A stretch of DNA of 64,000 nucleotides, taken from the NCBI GenBank assembly GCA_904063045.1, contig CAJFCJ010000008.1, positions 620,001 through 684,000 of the forward strand, in the 5' to 3' direction. The position numbers were made by a program, and so were the translations under genes. The DNA comes from Dimorphilus gyrociliatus (Eukaryota; Animalia; Annelida). The notes beneath the pieces were generated by a model. The model was not told where the DNA came from. It saw only the letters and a list, made by a program, of their open reading frames with translations, and did not search any database. This document shows positions 1 through 12,297 of the stretch, piece by piece (position 1 is the first letter of the stretch; every line of letters starts with the position of its first letter).

Positions 1-660
1 AAGTACTTGTTGAAGCATTTGTATATATTGTGGGGGTACATTGTTCAAGTTTAAACCCGGAATACTTGCTTGAGGGGCAGTGGGATTCGGTTGTTGAACA
101 GTTCTTTTGGCATCCTTGTCCTTTTGAGTGTCGGCTAACTTGACAACAATCGGTGATCTACAACCCTCCATAGTCTGACTATGATGCATTGCTCTTATAG
201 CAGCTGCTGCAGAGGATCTGCTTGAATAAGTAACAAATGCGCATCCTTTGCTACAACCGCTTTGCTCTCTTAATATTGTACATTCTTCGATTTGGCCGAA
301 CGATTGGAAGATGTCACGAACATCTGTCTCATTAAGTTGCTTTGATAGCATACCTACAAAGAGCTTCCTCTCCTCAATATTTCTTTTCTCAGAATCAGCC
401 GGCTTCATTTGTATAGGATGCGCCATTCCAGGTAATGTTCTCACATTATGCAAAGCATTTTGAGCGGATAAAGCAGATAACCTATTGTAATAAGTTACGA
501 AACAACATCCCTTACTCGAACCAGTTTGCTTATCCCTCAGGATACTCAATTGATAAATGGGTCCGAATTCATCCAATACTTGGCGTAAATCGCTTTCTTC
601 CATAGTACGTGGGATTTGCCCAACAAACATCTTGATCGCATCGCTATCTGGTTCAGTCAT
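1..660 (-). CDS. CELF1: CELF1/2 (CUGBP/bruno) RNA-binding protein, RRM1-RRM2; partial, runs off the window start
   Basis: Manual translation from ATG 660 gives [18 protein letters not shown]...KGCCFVTY...[20 protein letters not shown]...KGCAFVTY...[22 protein letters not shown], open to base 1 with no intron. An in-frame TAA lies just upstream of the ATG. Not in the ORF track because there is no stop in the window. Confidence 0.92.
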   Translation of the reverse strand, partial: MTEPDSDAIKMFVGQIPRTMEESDLRQVLDEFGPIYQLSILRDKQTGSSKGCCFVTYYNRLSALSAQNALHNVRTLPGMAHPIQMKPADSEKRNIEERKLFVGMLSKQLNETDVRDIFQSFGQIEECTILREQSGCSKGCAFVTYSSRSSAAAAIRAMHHSQTMEGCRSPIVVKLADTQKDKDAKRTVQQPNPTAPQASIPGLNLNNVPPQYIQMLQQVL

Positions 661-752
661 TTTTCCTAGATTTTATAGTTTGTTACGATGTCACTCTGAA
701 AAGCTTTGGATGTTTGGTCTACATTTTTTAAAAAATGCTTTACTCTATAACT

Positions 753-762
753 AAGATGGCGG
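753..762. promoter_or_regulatory. YY1-type motif (AAGATGGCGG) in the CELF 5' region
   Basis: Exact motif; the same 10-mer in the same sense orientation occurs in RBM4 intron 1 at 48798-48807. Confidence 0.45.
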
Positions 763-1814
763 ATGTTGGTCAATAAGCAAGTGTTAACCAATCACCACCA
801 GTCTTCTTTTTTAAAATCACTCAATATCCAATGTGAAAACGTATAAGAAAATAGATCACGTGACCCCCCTACAGTATATAAAAAATAATAGAATATCCTC
901 ATAATGTATTTACCGGTTTTTAACCGGTTTCCGGTTATTTGAAATATATAGACTTTCAATAATTATCTATTCCCAAATCTGGAATTGCATGCAGATTGCA
1001 TTTTTCTTCTAAATTTAAAATATTATAATAATTCTTTTAGGACAAAGCTTTTACTAATATATTTTCTTCATTTTAAAACTACCATTTAGCATAAGATCAA
1101 CTATCATATTTCAATCATTTATCCTCTAAATGACTACGACGGAAATTAAGTGTATTTTAAAAGAAAGTTAATTTACACAGTTTAATGGGCAGTCATTAGC
1201 AAATCAATGTAATTGAAGTTATTGAACTAGAGAAGTGAAGAAGAGTTTCACAGTTGCCATACTTTATTTAAAGATTTTCTCTTTTTTCAAAAAGAAATTG
1301 ATATAACTATATTTGATCTCAACACTTGTATGATATTTTAGTTAACAGCTTATTGAGGCAAACATAACATTGATAACATAGTTATATTTACGATTCTATA
1401 TTTAGTTAGTATGACGTAATTTATAAAAATCGGATTTATTTACCTTTAAATTTATCGGGGATGAAGTGACCTAAAATATTCTGTATAGATTTGATTTTGG
1501 AATATAGATAGATCGATAAAACAGACAATTCTTTGGTTATTTAATATTTCATAAAATCTAAATTTAAGCGGTTTTTGAAAAAAGCCAGAAAACTGGTAGA
1601 GAATTTTAAAGCAGTCTTGGATAGTTTTAAGGGATATAAGTATTTTAAACTACAACTAATACTAATTCTAAAAATAGTACGAATTATTGACTAGAACACT
1701 ATATGACTTTTACCAACTATTGGTTTGATAGTGCCAATAAATACGAAACGATTTAACCGGTTATCCATGGTGGGGGAAAATATTCAGTAGTAAATATCCC
1801 ACGTGCTTGAGAAA

Positions 1815-4800
1815 ATGATTAGATCTAATGTATTTATTAGGAAAACAAAACGGGGCAAAATCTTAAAAGTTGTACGGGAACATTATTTAAGAGACGATGT
1901 ATATTGCAGCTTTCCAAAATGCGAGCAATGTGAGGAAGAAAAACCAATTTTTAGTTCAAACCCCTCTGTAGATTCAAAGGAGTTAGTTGGAAAATATTTA
2001 ATTATACCAGATTCAAATGTTGTTTTACATCAAGTACTGAAAATTTTTGTTGACACTATTCGTTGTTTTATACATTTTTTATAACCTTAGATGGATATTT
2101 TAGAAGACTCAAGCATTAGAAATGTTATTATTCTACAAACTGTGTATGGAGAAGTTTTGCATAGGAGTGCAATCGCGTATAAGAAACTAAAAGATTGTTT
2201 ATCAAATCCTGAGAAAAAATTTTATTTGTTTATGAATGAGTTTCATAGGTTTTATATTTAATTTGAGCTTCATATTCAATTTTACTGATTATTTATTTAA
2301 ATAGGGATACTTTCATTGAAAGAGACCAGAAGGAATCACCAAATGATCGAAATGATAGAGCAATTAGAACTGCTGCTTTGTGGTATCAAAAACATCTCAA
2401 ACCTTATGAAGTTGAAATATTGTTAGTTACGAATGATCAGTCAAATAAAAATTTAGCCTTGGAATCTGGGATTAAAACTAATACTGGTTTGTTCTAAATC
2501 CTAATCACTTAAGAGATTATTTCTAATTTTATTTTTTTATTGAATAGTTGAAAAATTTGTAAAGAGCTTGAAGAATTGTGATGAATTGGCAGATAAATTG
2601 GCACTTACTAGAGAAGCTTCTGTAAGTCTAAATCACATTGCAAATATATTATGTTCCAATTCATTATTTTACACAGAGTTCTACTGGTAAGACTGCAGTC
2701 TTTGAAGAACACCTTCCTCTGTCCAGTATTCAAGTAGGTTTGAAATCTGGAAGCTACATACAAGGAACATTTCATGCCTCCAGAGATAACTATTTAGAAG
2801 CATCGGTTGATGTATATGAAAAAGATGGTTTATCAGTTTGTATTTATTGATAAATCATTGAAACAAATAACTTTCACTTTTAATAATTTTAGATTCTTAT
2901 TCAAGGACAACAACATATGAATAGAGCTATGCAAGGTGACACAGTTGCCATCGAAATCTTGCCAGAGAGCGAATGGCAGTCTTCTTCAAGTTTGATTTTG
3001 GAAGATGATGGAGAGAAAAATGATGAATCAACAATATCCGAAGATAAGAAAATTCTACAAGACATCTCAAACAAATCCGAAAAGAAACCTTGTGGCAAAG
3101 TTGTTGGAATTATTAAAAGAAACTGGAGACAATTTTGTGGCATGCTTCAAAAGTCTTTAATAGAAACAGTAAGTTTAGGATGATGTATGGCTAACAGAGA
3201 AAATTATATCTTTCTTCCTTCAGGCAACTCGCCATTTAGTTATTCCAGCAGATAAAAGAATACCAAAAATACGAATTGAAACAAGACAAGCAGATGTTCT
3301 TGATGGCAAAAGAATTCTCGTTGTTATTGACTCTTGGCCAAGAACATCTAGATATCCACTTGTAAGAAAGCATTCCTTTTATTTTACTTATAAGACAGAA
3401 TTATTTTTTTACAGGGTCACTTCGTTAGGAATTTGGGTGCTATAGGGGATAAAAAAACTGAAAATGAAGTTTTATTAATTGAGCACGATATACCTCATCA
3501 TCAATTTTCTACCGCTGTTCGAGCTTGTCTACCGTCTCTTCCGTGGTCTATAACAGAAGAGGTCAGTCAGCATAACTTTATTGCTTATTTTTTTTTATTG
3601 AAGCTCTGCATTTAATATTTTTAGGATCTTAAACAAAGAAAAGATTTACGAGATTTGACTGTTGTGAGTGTAGATCCACCGGGATGTACCGATATTGATG
3701 ATGCTCTACATTGCTTTCAATTGGATAATGGAAACTACGAAGTTGGTGTTCATATCGCTGATGTGTCTCATTTTATTAAGCCTGGAACAGCTATAGATGT
3801 TGAAGCTGCAAATCGTGCTAATACTGTATACCTTATCGATCAGAGAATAGATATGGTTCCTGAATTGCTAAGTTCAAACATATGTTCATTAAGGGGAGGA
3901 GAAGAGAGATTTGCTTTTAGTGTTATTTGGGAGTTAGATGAAAATGCAAAAGTCGTAAATGTTAAATTTACAAAGAGTATTATAAAATCAAAAGTGCGTA
4001 GTTTCTTCTATTTATTTACTTTTTTTAAAATACTAAATTATATTTGCAGGCTGCCCTTACTTATGCCGAAGCTCAAATGAGAATAGATGATAGTCAACAA
4101 ACAGATGACGTAACGAAGAGTTTAAGACTACTAAATAAATTAGCAAAAATATTAAAACAAGAGAGAATAAAGCAGGGGTTTGTTTTAATTATTATACATT
4201 AGATTATGTTGAATAAATCATACATTTACTTATAATATTTAATTATCAGCTCCTTGACGCTAGCATCGCCCGAAGTTCGTTTTCATATGGATAGCGAAAC
4301 TCATGACCCAATTGAAGTTCAAACGAAACAATTACTGTCAGTTAACTTATATTGTTTTATATTGTCGATAATCAGTTTCGATTATTAATTTTTTAATAGA
4401 GAAACAAATTCTATGGTTGAAGAGTTCATGTTGTTGGCTAATATAGCAACTGCCAAAAAAATATACGACGAATTTCCTTCGTGTGCCCTGCTTAGAAGAC
4501 ACCCTGAACCTCCATCGTCCAATTTTGAAAGTTTAATTAAATCTGCTGAATCTAAAGTAACTAATAATGATATTTATTAATGTATTTCACATTTTTAATT
4601 GTTAAATTCTTATATAGGGCTTTACATTAAATGTTACATCAGGAAAAATGTTGGCAGAGAGTTTAGAAAAAAGTGTACTTGAAAGCAATTCATATTTCAA
4701 TACTATGCTAAGAATTATGGCAACACGCTGTATGCTCCAAGCTTTATATTTCTGTAGTGGCGTGGTCGACCAAAAAGACTTTTACCATTATGGACTTGCT

Positions 4801-5476
4801 GCTCCAATCTATACACATTTTACATCTCCAATAAGAAGGTAGAGTTATTCTCTAAAAAAGTTAATTACATTCAATTCATACCGCTATATTTCGATTTGTT
4901 TAGATATTCGGATATAATAGTTCATAGATTACTAGCTGTTTCTATTCAAGCTGACGCTCCTCATCCAGATTTTCTAGATAAAAAGAAAACTCAAAACCTT
5001 TGTAACAACTTAAATTATCGTCATAAAATGGCGCAGTACGCGGGAAGGGCATCCGTTGGTCTTCATACACAGCTATTCTTTCAGAATAAGATAGTTTGTG
5101 AAGACGGTTACATTCTATTTGTGAGAAAAAATGCCATACAAATTCTCATACCCAAGTATGGTTTAGAAGGAACAATATTTTTAGATAAGAGTCCTGTTAA
5201 ATTTGTATATGATGAAACATCCGGTACACAGAAATGTGGTGATATAACATTCTCATCTTTTGATAAAGTTGTAGTACAAATTAGCATTGACAAAACCCAT
5301 ATTCAACACCAAAAGTTATGCCTAAAGCTGGTTTCCCCTTACGTAAGTAACTTTTAAATTATTCTCGAATAAGATGATTATTCATAATATGAAATTTATG
5401 GTTAATCTAGATTGGTGGGTTTAGTGTTTCGAATATTGAGGAAGAACCACCGCAAAAGAAAAAGAGAAAAAGTTGA
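1815..5476 (+). CDS. DIS3: Exosome catalytic subunit DIS3/Rrp44 (PIN + RNB), multi-exon
   Basis: [28 protein letters not shown]; PIN motifs ([20 protein letters not shown]); RNB motifs [34 protein letters not shown]; many short GT-AG introns; last exon ends ...KKKEKS-TGA at 5476. Confidence 0.97.
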
Positions 5477-5567
5477 ACGTGATTATAATTTTATTGAACA
5501 CATTTAATATAATATATGTACAGATTCATTTTTGTTCCTGTTACAAAGAACATAAAATAATATACTA

Positions 5568-6035
5568 TCATGAAAATTTGATATGTTTAAGATATTGAGA
5601 TAATAAATAAGAAAATGAGATAACTGTCTTTTCGTATTTGCCTATATTCTTTAACTTTTCATGCTTTTTGCTATAACCACTGATTTCATCAGCCATTGTG
5701 TTTAGAGCTGAATAGATAGCATCGAAACATTCCCAATGTGGATTGTCTTTTTTATTATAGTTGTACAATCCATATAACATTTCATATAATTCCTCAGTCA
5801 ATTTATTATATTCCTTTGAGTGAATATTAAAATCTTTTTTCGAAATGTTCAGTAATTCTTCATCAAGATACTTTTTAGCTTTCCCAACATTTTCTGAATT
5901 GGATACTTTAGTTAAGTTTCCACAATAATCCATGTTTAACCGTAACTGCTCGGCTAGAGATTTCACCGGTGCTGATGATATTAAATAGGATAAAGGTGAT
6001 AATAAAGTAAAACCTATAACCAGATATGTGTTCAT
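5568..6035 (-). CDS. Orphan secreted protein, 155 aa, predicted helical
   Basis: Single ATG-initiated ORF with a hydrophobic signal-peptide-like N-terminus (MNTYLVIGFTLLSPLSYLISSA), amphipathic segments and two Cys. No family recognised. Confidence 0.7.
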   Translation of the reverse strand: MNTYLVIGFTLLSPLSYLISSAPVKSLAEQLRLNMDYCGNLTKVSNSENVGKAKKYLDEELLNISKKDFNIHSKEYNKLTEELYEMLYGLYNYNKKDNPHWECFDAIYSALNTMADEISGYSKKHEKLKNIGKYEKTVISFSYLLSQYLKHIKFS

Positions 6036-6374
6036 GTCTTATGCCTTCGACGCCTTTCCGCAAATTGAACACATATGTTTGAGAATCGAAATTTATAGCC
6101 CATTTTTTTGGATTAACCAAAAAGATTCCTTCAAGAAATGTGAAATGTAAACTTTGAATAACGTTATTATATTTTCAATATTATTCTGTTAGTCACTCTT
6201 TGTGTCTCTCTGCCCTCTATAGTCGATATAGGCACATATATCTTCAAAAGGGTGTGTGTTATACTTTAGATACTTTCGATTTGAAAAGTACGGTAATTTT
6301 CCTTGGGAATTTTTCTATTAATATCTTATTGAAATATTTTTTGTACTATTTTTACAGCAAAAATTAAGGAAGCC

Positions 6375-7591
6375 ATGTGGATCGAAACGGTCAACCTTGA
6401 TCATCCAGATCAAATAATTTTCTATATATTCGTCGCAATTACAGCTTTAAATTTAATATTATCCTTCATTTTTGTTATTCTAAGTATATGTTCAGGAACG
6501 AAAAACAACTCGTAAGTTATATTATAACGAAAAATTAAACATTATATTTGTCTGAGTCATTGTAAAACGGGGGTGTTTTTTTCATTGTTTAGACCTGGTT
6601 TCTCTATAGATCATTACATATTATTGGGTATTTTAATATTGGATGTATCAGTTTTACTTCGAGGGGCTAATGCTGATTGGATGAATGAGGACTCATTTAA
6701 GATTATTACGGAGGTTTGAGTTAATTTGAATATCTAAGTTTCGGAAATTTTAAATGACTAATAAAATGTTGCAGATTCAGCCATGTTTCGTTACGCTTGG
6801 GTTAACATATGTTTTTTGTGGTATGTTTGTTCGTGTAACCACGGTTTTCCTTTACTACGCACAAAAAACGGATAATCGTAAACCAATTAGAAAGGAAGAA
6901 TGGAAACCGAATGTAGTAATGTGTACGTTTGTTGTTATTGCTTGCGCTACCTCGGTTGTGTGGGCGGCAGTATTCAAACCAACTGCCGAAGTTACAAAAA
7001 CTGAAGACGGAAAAGCCGCATCGTTTTCAGTAAGCGATGAGAACAATCAACAAGAATTTCAAATTTCTGTACTCGTTTACCACGGAATTGTTCATGTAGC
7101 AACCGCAATAATTGTATGGCCAGCTCTTTTAAGGTTTAACTATTAATATAGAGTAGGGCATAGTTTCTTAATTAATACTCAATGATTCTCTTTCTACAGG
7201 GCAAAACATAGAGACGCTATTGCCGAAATGAGATCGTACGTGTTTCTAATCTATCATACACTGGCAGTAATCATAGCTTACGTTTTGGCAGAGGTAAAAT
7301 CTAGTTTATAAACCAATACTGAATAATTGAATTATTCGTTAATAATAAACAAAAAAAACAACTCTTTTAGATGTTAATGAGCCATGATAGAAGCGTCGAA
7401 TACGCCGTAACTGGTGGATTATTAATGTATAAGACTTTTGTCGATGTCGTCTGCCTATTGGTTATGAAGGTAAATTTTAAATTGTACAACTGAATATATA
7501 GTAAATGTATATTCTTTATTTAACTTTTTAGGTCACAGTTACGTGTATGAAAGTACGAAAAGAAGAATCTTATCATAATGTTTCAGATTAA
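6375..7591 (+). CDS. Class C (GABA-B/GPR156-like) 7TM protein lacking the Venus flytrap ectodomain; about 6 coding exons
   Basis: The spliced model gives seven hydrophobic segments, including LGLTYVFCGMFVRVTTV (TM3-like), EMRSYVFLIYHTLAVII (TM6-like) and VVCLLVMKV (TM7-like). Canonical GT-AG junctions keep frame. Only about 12 residues precede TM1. Confidence 0.7.
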
Positions 7592-8070
7592 ACTTTTATT
7601 ATTATTGTTATTATTATTCTATTATAGAACGAAAACAACAAAAAACAGATATATGCTATATTATACATATTTTTTTAGACTTTTCTATTTCAAAATTCGA
7701 TCCTCTTCTTTTGACTAAGAATCTTTTGAAAAAAATAAATTTCCTACTTAAATTTCAGTTCCGCGACTTGAATAATAATAAAAATAACAATGGACATAGG
7801 TATTACCCTCAACTTTGTGTTTCTTCTAGAAACAGGAAGACTAAACTCATACCTCAACTTCTTTAAGGGTTTTTACTAAAAAAAACATATCTACCGGGGT
7901 TTTTTTGACTCATTGATTAGTCTTTTGTAACAGTTTTTAATATTATTTTTTGAAATATTAAAAATTCGAATATTAGAGAAACAACCACATTTCACAGACC
8001 GGTGACCAGTTTAATACAATATTACACGTATAATTATAGCAAGCGGAGATAGATTGTATATTGGAGGATA

Positions 8071-8909
8071 ATGGCGTCCAAGACGAGAAACGATAACTCT
8101 GTAAATATTATTGCTCCCTCCTTCTTTACGATTAAGCCAGCGTATTGTAGCTTTATATTAAAATCAATATTATAATTATTCACATATATTTCTAAAAATA
8201 ATTTCGTTTTTACCATAAAAAAAGAATCCATCTGGAACAAACATACCGGTAAATTTTTGAAAACAAAAAAATTTATATTCTCACAGAGTGAAGCAGAAAA
8301 AGATGTAAAAATTGATAAATGGGACGGCACCGCTGTAAAAAATACTTTAGATGATGCTGCAAAGAAACTATTTACTGTTAACTCTTGCATGAAGGAGTCT
8401 CACAGATTGATGGATACTAGACTCGCCATTGCAACCATTGCTTGTCTCTTTAGTCTATACGCAATTATTTGGGATTGGTTTTATCCGTTTCCCTTGTCAA
8501 AGCCGGTCATAATTGTTTGTGTACTCTCCTACTTTTTTCTCATGGGAATTCTCACTTTGTACATGACCTATGTGGAGAGAGGAACATTTTTCATTTGCTA
8601 CGAAAAAGATCCCGTTGGGGTAAGTAAGGACGACGTTTGGAAATTATCATCCACCTTAAAAAAGTAAGCGATCTTAGCAAATCTCTCTGCAAAAAAACTA
8701 AAACTCTATTGTTCTTTCATAGATACGATGATATGTATACTCTGGAAGTGACGTTCAAGCACGGAACGAGTCTTGTTGAGACCAAAGATAAATTTTCTAA
8801 ATCAATTGGAGCGTTTATTGATGAAAGTGGGCAACTTAATGAAGATATATTCAAGGGTGAAGTGAATAAACTTATTCAAAACGTTAGGCCGTCTGAAAAG
8901 AAAGATTAG
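8071..8909 (+). CDS. SPCS2: Signal peptidase complex subunit 2
   Basis: Exon 1 MASKTRNDNS (8071-8100), then VKIDKWDGTAVKNTLDDA, two TM helices, and KRYDDMYTL...FSKSIGAFIDESG. Confidence 0.93.
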
Positions 8910-9072
8910 AAACTTCATATATCTGTTTTCTTTATGATACTTGTTATATTAAAATGTTCAATTATGACGTAATAAATTTAAATTTAAAGATTCAAAAGCA
9001 AAATTCAACCCTTGACCATCAGAAGATAATATATTTGTACTTTACAGAACAAAATATACATATAGAGTTATA

Positions 9073-9549
9073 ATGGAACAGACCAGACAGACTCAATCAG
9101 GTCGTTATGATAGCAGTGTTTTTAAAGAGAAGCCAAATCAAATTTCGTCGATATTTTCATATCCACAAAAAGAAAAGCCAAAATCTTTATGTGAGCTATA
9201 CTTTGAAACGGAACTTGATCGTCTACAAAATTCATCCAGACTACGTCGATACATTAGAACCATGTTTCTTCGTTATCAAAGAATTTCAAAATCTGTTGAG
9301 GATATGAATTTTGAATTGATGGAACTTAGTGGTCGACTCTGTCTGATAGAAGCTTTGACGAAAATCCGCGAAGATTCAATTAAAGAATTAAATAAAGTTA
9401 TTGATGATGTTCGATTAAATAACTTCGAGCTTTCAGTCAAAGGAGAAACAGTTAAAAGTGAGATTTTGAAGATAACTAAAGAAGATCAACTTGAACAGCA
9501 GATGATGAAAAAGAAATTCCGACAGAGAGAGTTTGCATTGATGAAATAA
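9073..9549 (+). CDS. Orphan coiled-coil protein, 158 aa, single exon
   Basis: ATG-initiated 158-codon ORF in AT-rich DNA with a heptad-like C-terminal half; no family recognised. Confidence 0.6.
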   Translation: MEQTRQTQSGRYDSSVFKEKPNQISSIFSYPQKEKPKSLCELYFETELDRLQNSSRLRRYIRTMFLRYQRISKSVEDMNFELMELSGRLCLIEALTKIREDSIKELNKVIDDVRLNNFELSVKGETVKSEILKITKEDQLEQQMMKKKFRQREFALMK

Positions 9550-9627
9550 TGATTTTATGTTAAATTTGTTAGTAATATCTTAGTAATATCTTTTTCAAGC
9601 GTCCCTGAGTTAGTAACATATAAAGGT

Positions 9628-10122
9628 CTATACAAATTTTCCTAACCATTCCTTAACATTGGCTTGTCTTTCCTCATCACTTACTGGTTCCGGTTTAGGT
9701 TCTGCTAAATTAATATCAGGTAAGACGCATTTTAAAAGAATGTGAACTTGTTCCTTGGTAGTTGACGTTCTTCGTAAAGATTGAGCACTTGGTTTCGTTC
9801 GATTTATAACTCTTTTCTGTTGAAGATTATCTTTTCTGTTTGTTTGGATATACGGAGGTGTTGTTTTAGGTCTAGGCGTTCTTGAGGGTACTTTTTCAAT
9901 GGTAGGTTCAAGATTAAAGCTAACCTTTTTTCTCGTGATAACTTCTGAGTTACTATTGCTCCTCCTAAGATCGATCGAAGGTAAAATCAGGCTCTTTGAG
10001 AATGGTAAGATTGGCACTGGTGTAGATCTACGTCTTATTCTATAGTTTAGAACGCGAGAGTCACCATAACTCGTCGTTCTCTCCAGAGCACTTTTCAATC
10101 CGATATTTATCAAAGCAGGCAT
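9628..10122 (-). CDS. Orphan basic/proline-rich protein, 164 aa, single exon
   Basis: ATG-initiated 164-codon ORF convergent with the previous ORF; contains an RVxF-like KKVSF; no family recognised. Confidence 0.55.
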   Translation of the reverse strand: MPALINIGLKSALERTTSYGDSRVLNYRIRRRSTPVPILPFSKSLILPSIDLRRSNSNSEVITRKKVSFNLEPTIEKVPSRTPRPKTTPPYIQTNRKDNLQQKRVINRTKPSAQSLRRTSTTKEQVHILLKCVLPDINLAEPKPEPVSDEERQANVKEWLGKFV

Positions 10123-10532
10123 GTAGAACGTAAATGAAATTTGTTTTCATATAGGAGAGTCCAATATAGTTATGAATACAATCTGCTCAAATTACAATAA
10201 ACTTAGCTCATTAGGAGCGTTTCTGACAATAGAGAATTGACTTAGTTTGAGTAGTTGGATTAAGGTTGCACAATTGAACATGTCGATAAATTCGCAGATT
10301 TAGCCCACTACAGTATATAGGCCTCATTATTATTAAATAACTTTGTCTATAATTCAGAACCTGTTCTATTATTGACAAGCCTCTAATATTTAATCCCTTG
10401 AAAATCTTTATAAATATTTATCAAATGATTTCGCCCCCGTTTATTCTCTTAAGTTCGATAGTTTAACAATACGAAGGTAAAAACAAGAGACACACAAAAC
10501 AGTAAAGAGTCTTTATTATTCACGTGGCTCCC

Positions 10533-12189
10533 TTACTTCATTAATATCTTGTAGAAATATTCCAACTGCAATAAAATATGAAAAGATTTGCTTAGTGAAA
10601 AGTTAACTATGCGTTTAATTTAAATTCTGTATATACAGACCTCTAGCAGAGCGTCATCAGCTAGGTCAGTACAGTGGACGGCATTTTGAATTTTATCTTT
10701 TCCAAAGGTTGCTCTAAGGGTTCTTGGTCTGAGATGCCTTGCAATCTCTGGATCGGCTGGTCCTGTAAACTCTCTAAAGGTTTGTTGGGCGTTTTGAGCT
10801 CTTACTTCCAAAACGATACAGGGTCCTGAACAGAATTCGCCAACCATTGCAGCGTACTCTGAAACAACACCTTTGTAGACCTCCAAAAATTCTTCGGCGT
10901 TCGCTTTCTCTATATGAAATATTTGCATTGCAGATATTTCGAATCCTGCACTCTGAATCTTTTCAATAATTGCTCCACTTTGGCCTTCGACTACAGCATG
11001 AGGCTTAATTATACAACAAGTTGCGTCGCAAAAGGTTGCTGTGCTTCGGAAACTATCTCTTCCAGAAGCTGGAAAGAAAAATTCCAATTCCCTTGCAGCA
11101 GATTCTACGCTATCAGATCCATGGCAGGCGTTCATAGTTTGATCTCTACCAAATCTTGCTCTTATGGAAGTAGCAGCCATGGACCGAGCTTCGGCGCTAT
11201 CGGTTGGTCCCATCAGTTGGCGCCATCTAGCGACAGCATCAGAAGCCATAAGTTCCATTACGATTATTTTCCCATTAGACATGTAGTTAATTAAAGTGTT
11301 GAAGAAAGGTTTTGAACGATGCTCAGTGTAGAAAGTTGCCGCTTCATCCTTTGTCAAATTCAACATTTTCAAATTGCAGATTAGAAAGCCATTCTGTTGT
11401 ATCAGATCCATAATGGCGCCAACATTTGAAACAGCGTCAGGTTTTATCATAGCTAAAGTTCTTTCATTTTTGGAGGCGATTTTATTTCTTGTATATCCGT
11501 CACCTAAAATAGAAAAATAGGTCAATATTAGACAACAATATTAAATAGACCCAAAAATCAATTATTTGTGGATCTTTCCTTAAAATAAACATTCTTTAAG
11601 GAATTTCTTTTTATTTATTTAACATATCTAATTCAGAAATAGTTATAATAATTGATGAATTACTATTCTTACCTATGTCAACTATGTTTAACTGTCTTGA
11701 TAGCATGTTTACTGTTGATCCAACGTAAAGATGTTCCATTCTTATGTTATCTGCTTTACATCTTTTCAGAAATACCTTTCTTGTCTTTAGATCAAACATC
11801 TCAACTAAAAAAGCATAATAGTTTGTTTATAGTCGAACGTTAACAAGTCTCTATACGTTCAAAAAATTTGAATAGGTACCGGTATTGTCATTTGGATAAA
11901 ACATCAAATTGAAGGAGCGAACTAAGCATGCTGCGGGATCGTACCATTCCGCTAGAAAGCAAAATCGTTCATCTTGCGTCGACTGCAAAGAGAAGAGAAA
12001 TCAATTTTGAAATTTAAATACTTTCATTTGCAAAAAGATTCAAATCAGTTGGCAAGGAAACTAAATACCTATGGATTCTCTCAAACTACTTATTCAACAG
12101 AAACGATACTTTAACAAATATACTATAATTTAGTCTTATATTTTATTACAATTGAAATTTTGTATTAAATACTTCAATGTACACACCAT
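10533..12189 (-). CDS. NME7: Nucleoside diphosphate kinase 7 (DM10 + two NDK domains)
   Basis: DM10 exon ERFCFLAEWYDPAACLVR, VEMFDLKTRKVFLKR; NDK motifs ERTLAMIKPDA, NACHGSDS, NAVHCTD; last exon LEYFYKILMK-TAA. The start is modelled as an ATG-only exon at 12187-12189 (less certain). Confidence 0.93.
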
Positions 12190-12273
12190 TTTTTTACAAT
12201 TAAATCCAAAATTGTTGAGCGAAAATACCAGTCTACGGGCAAATAATCGCTGCTATGGTAAACACACTTGACA

Positions 12274-12285
12274 CGCCACCTAGCG
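12274..12285 (-). promoter_or_regulatory. CTCF-like motif (CGCTAGGTGGCG)
   Basis: Matches the AG(A/G)TGGCG core of the CTCF consensus; GC-rich island in AT-rich DNA between the Haspin stop and the NME7 start. Confidence 0.5.
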
Positions 12286-12297
12286 TTTGTTCTCAAA

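Noticed and set aside
900-1790. Long gap between CELF and DIS3 searched for a hidden gene
   Set aside because: Stops in all frames and no consistent exon chain; only promoter-type motifs (TCACGTGA, ACCGGT repeats).
11221-11234. CTCF-like sequence CGCCATCTAGCGAC
   Set aside because: Lies in NME7 coding sequence (VARWR codons); cannot be separated from coding constraint.
10914-11294. 126-aa plus-strand ORF
   Set aside because: Antisense shadow of NME7.
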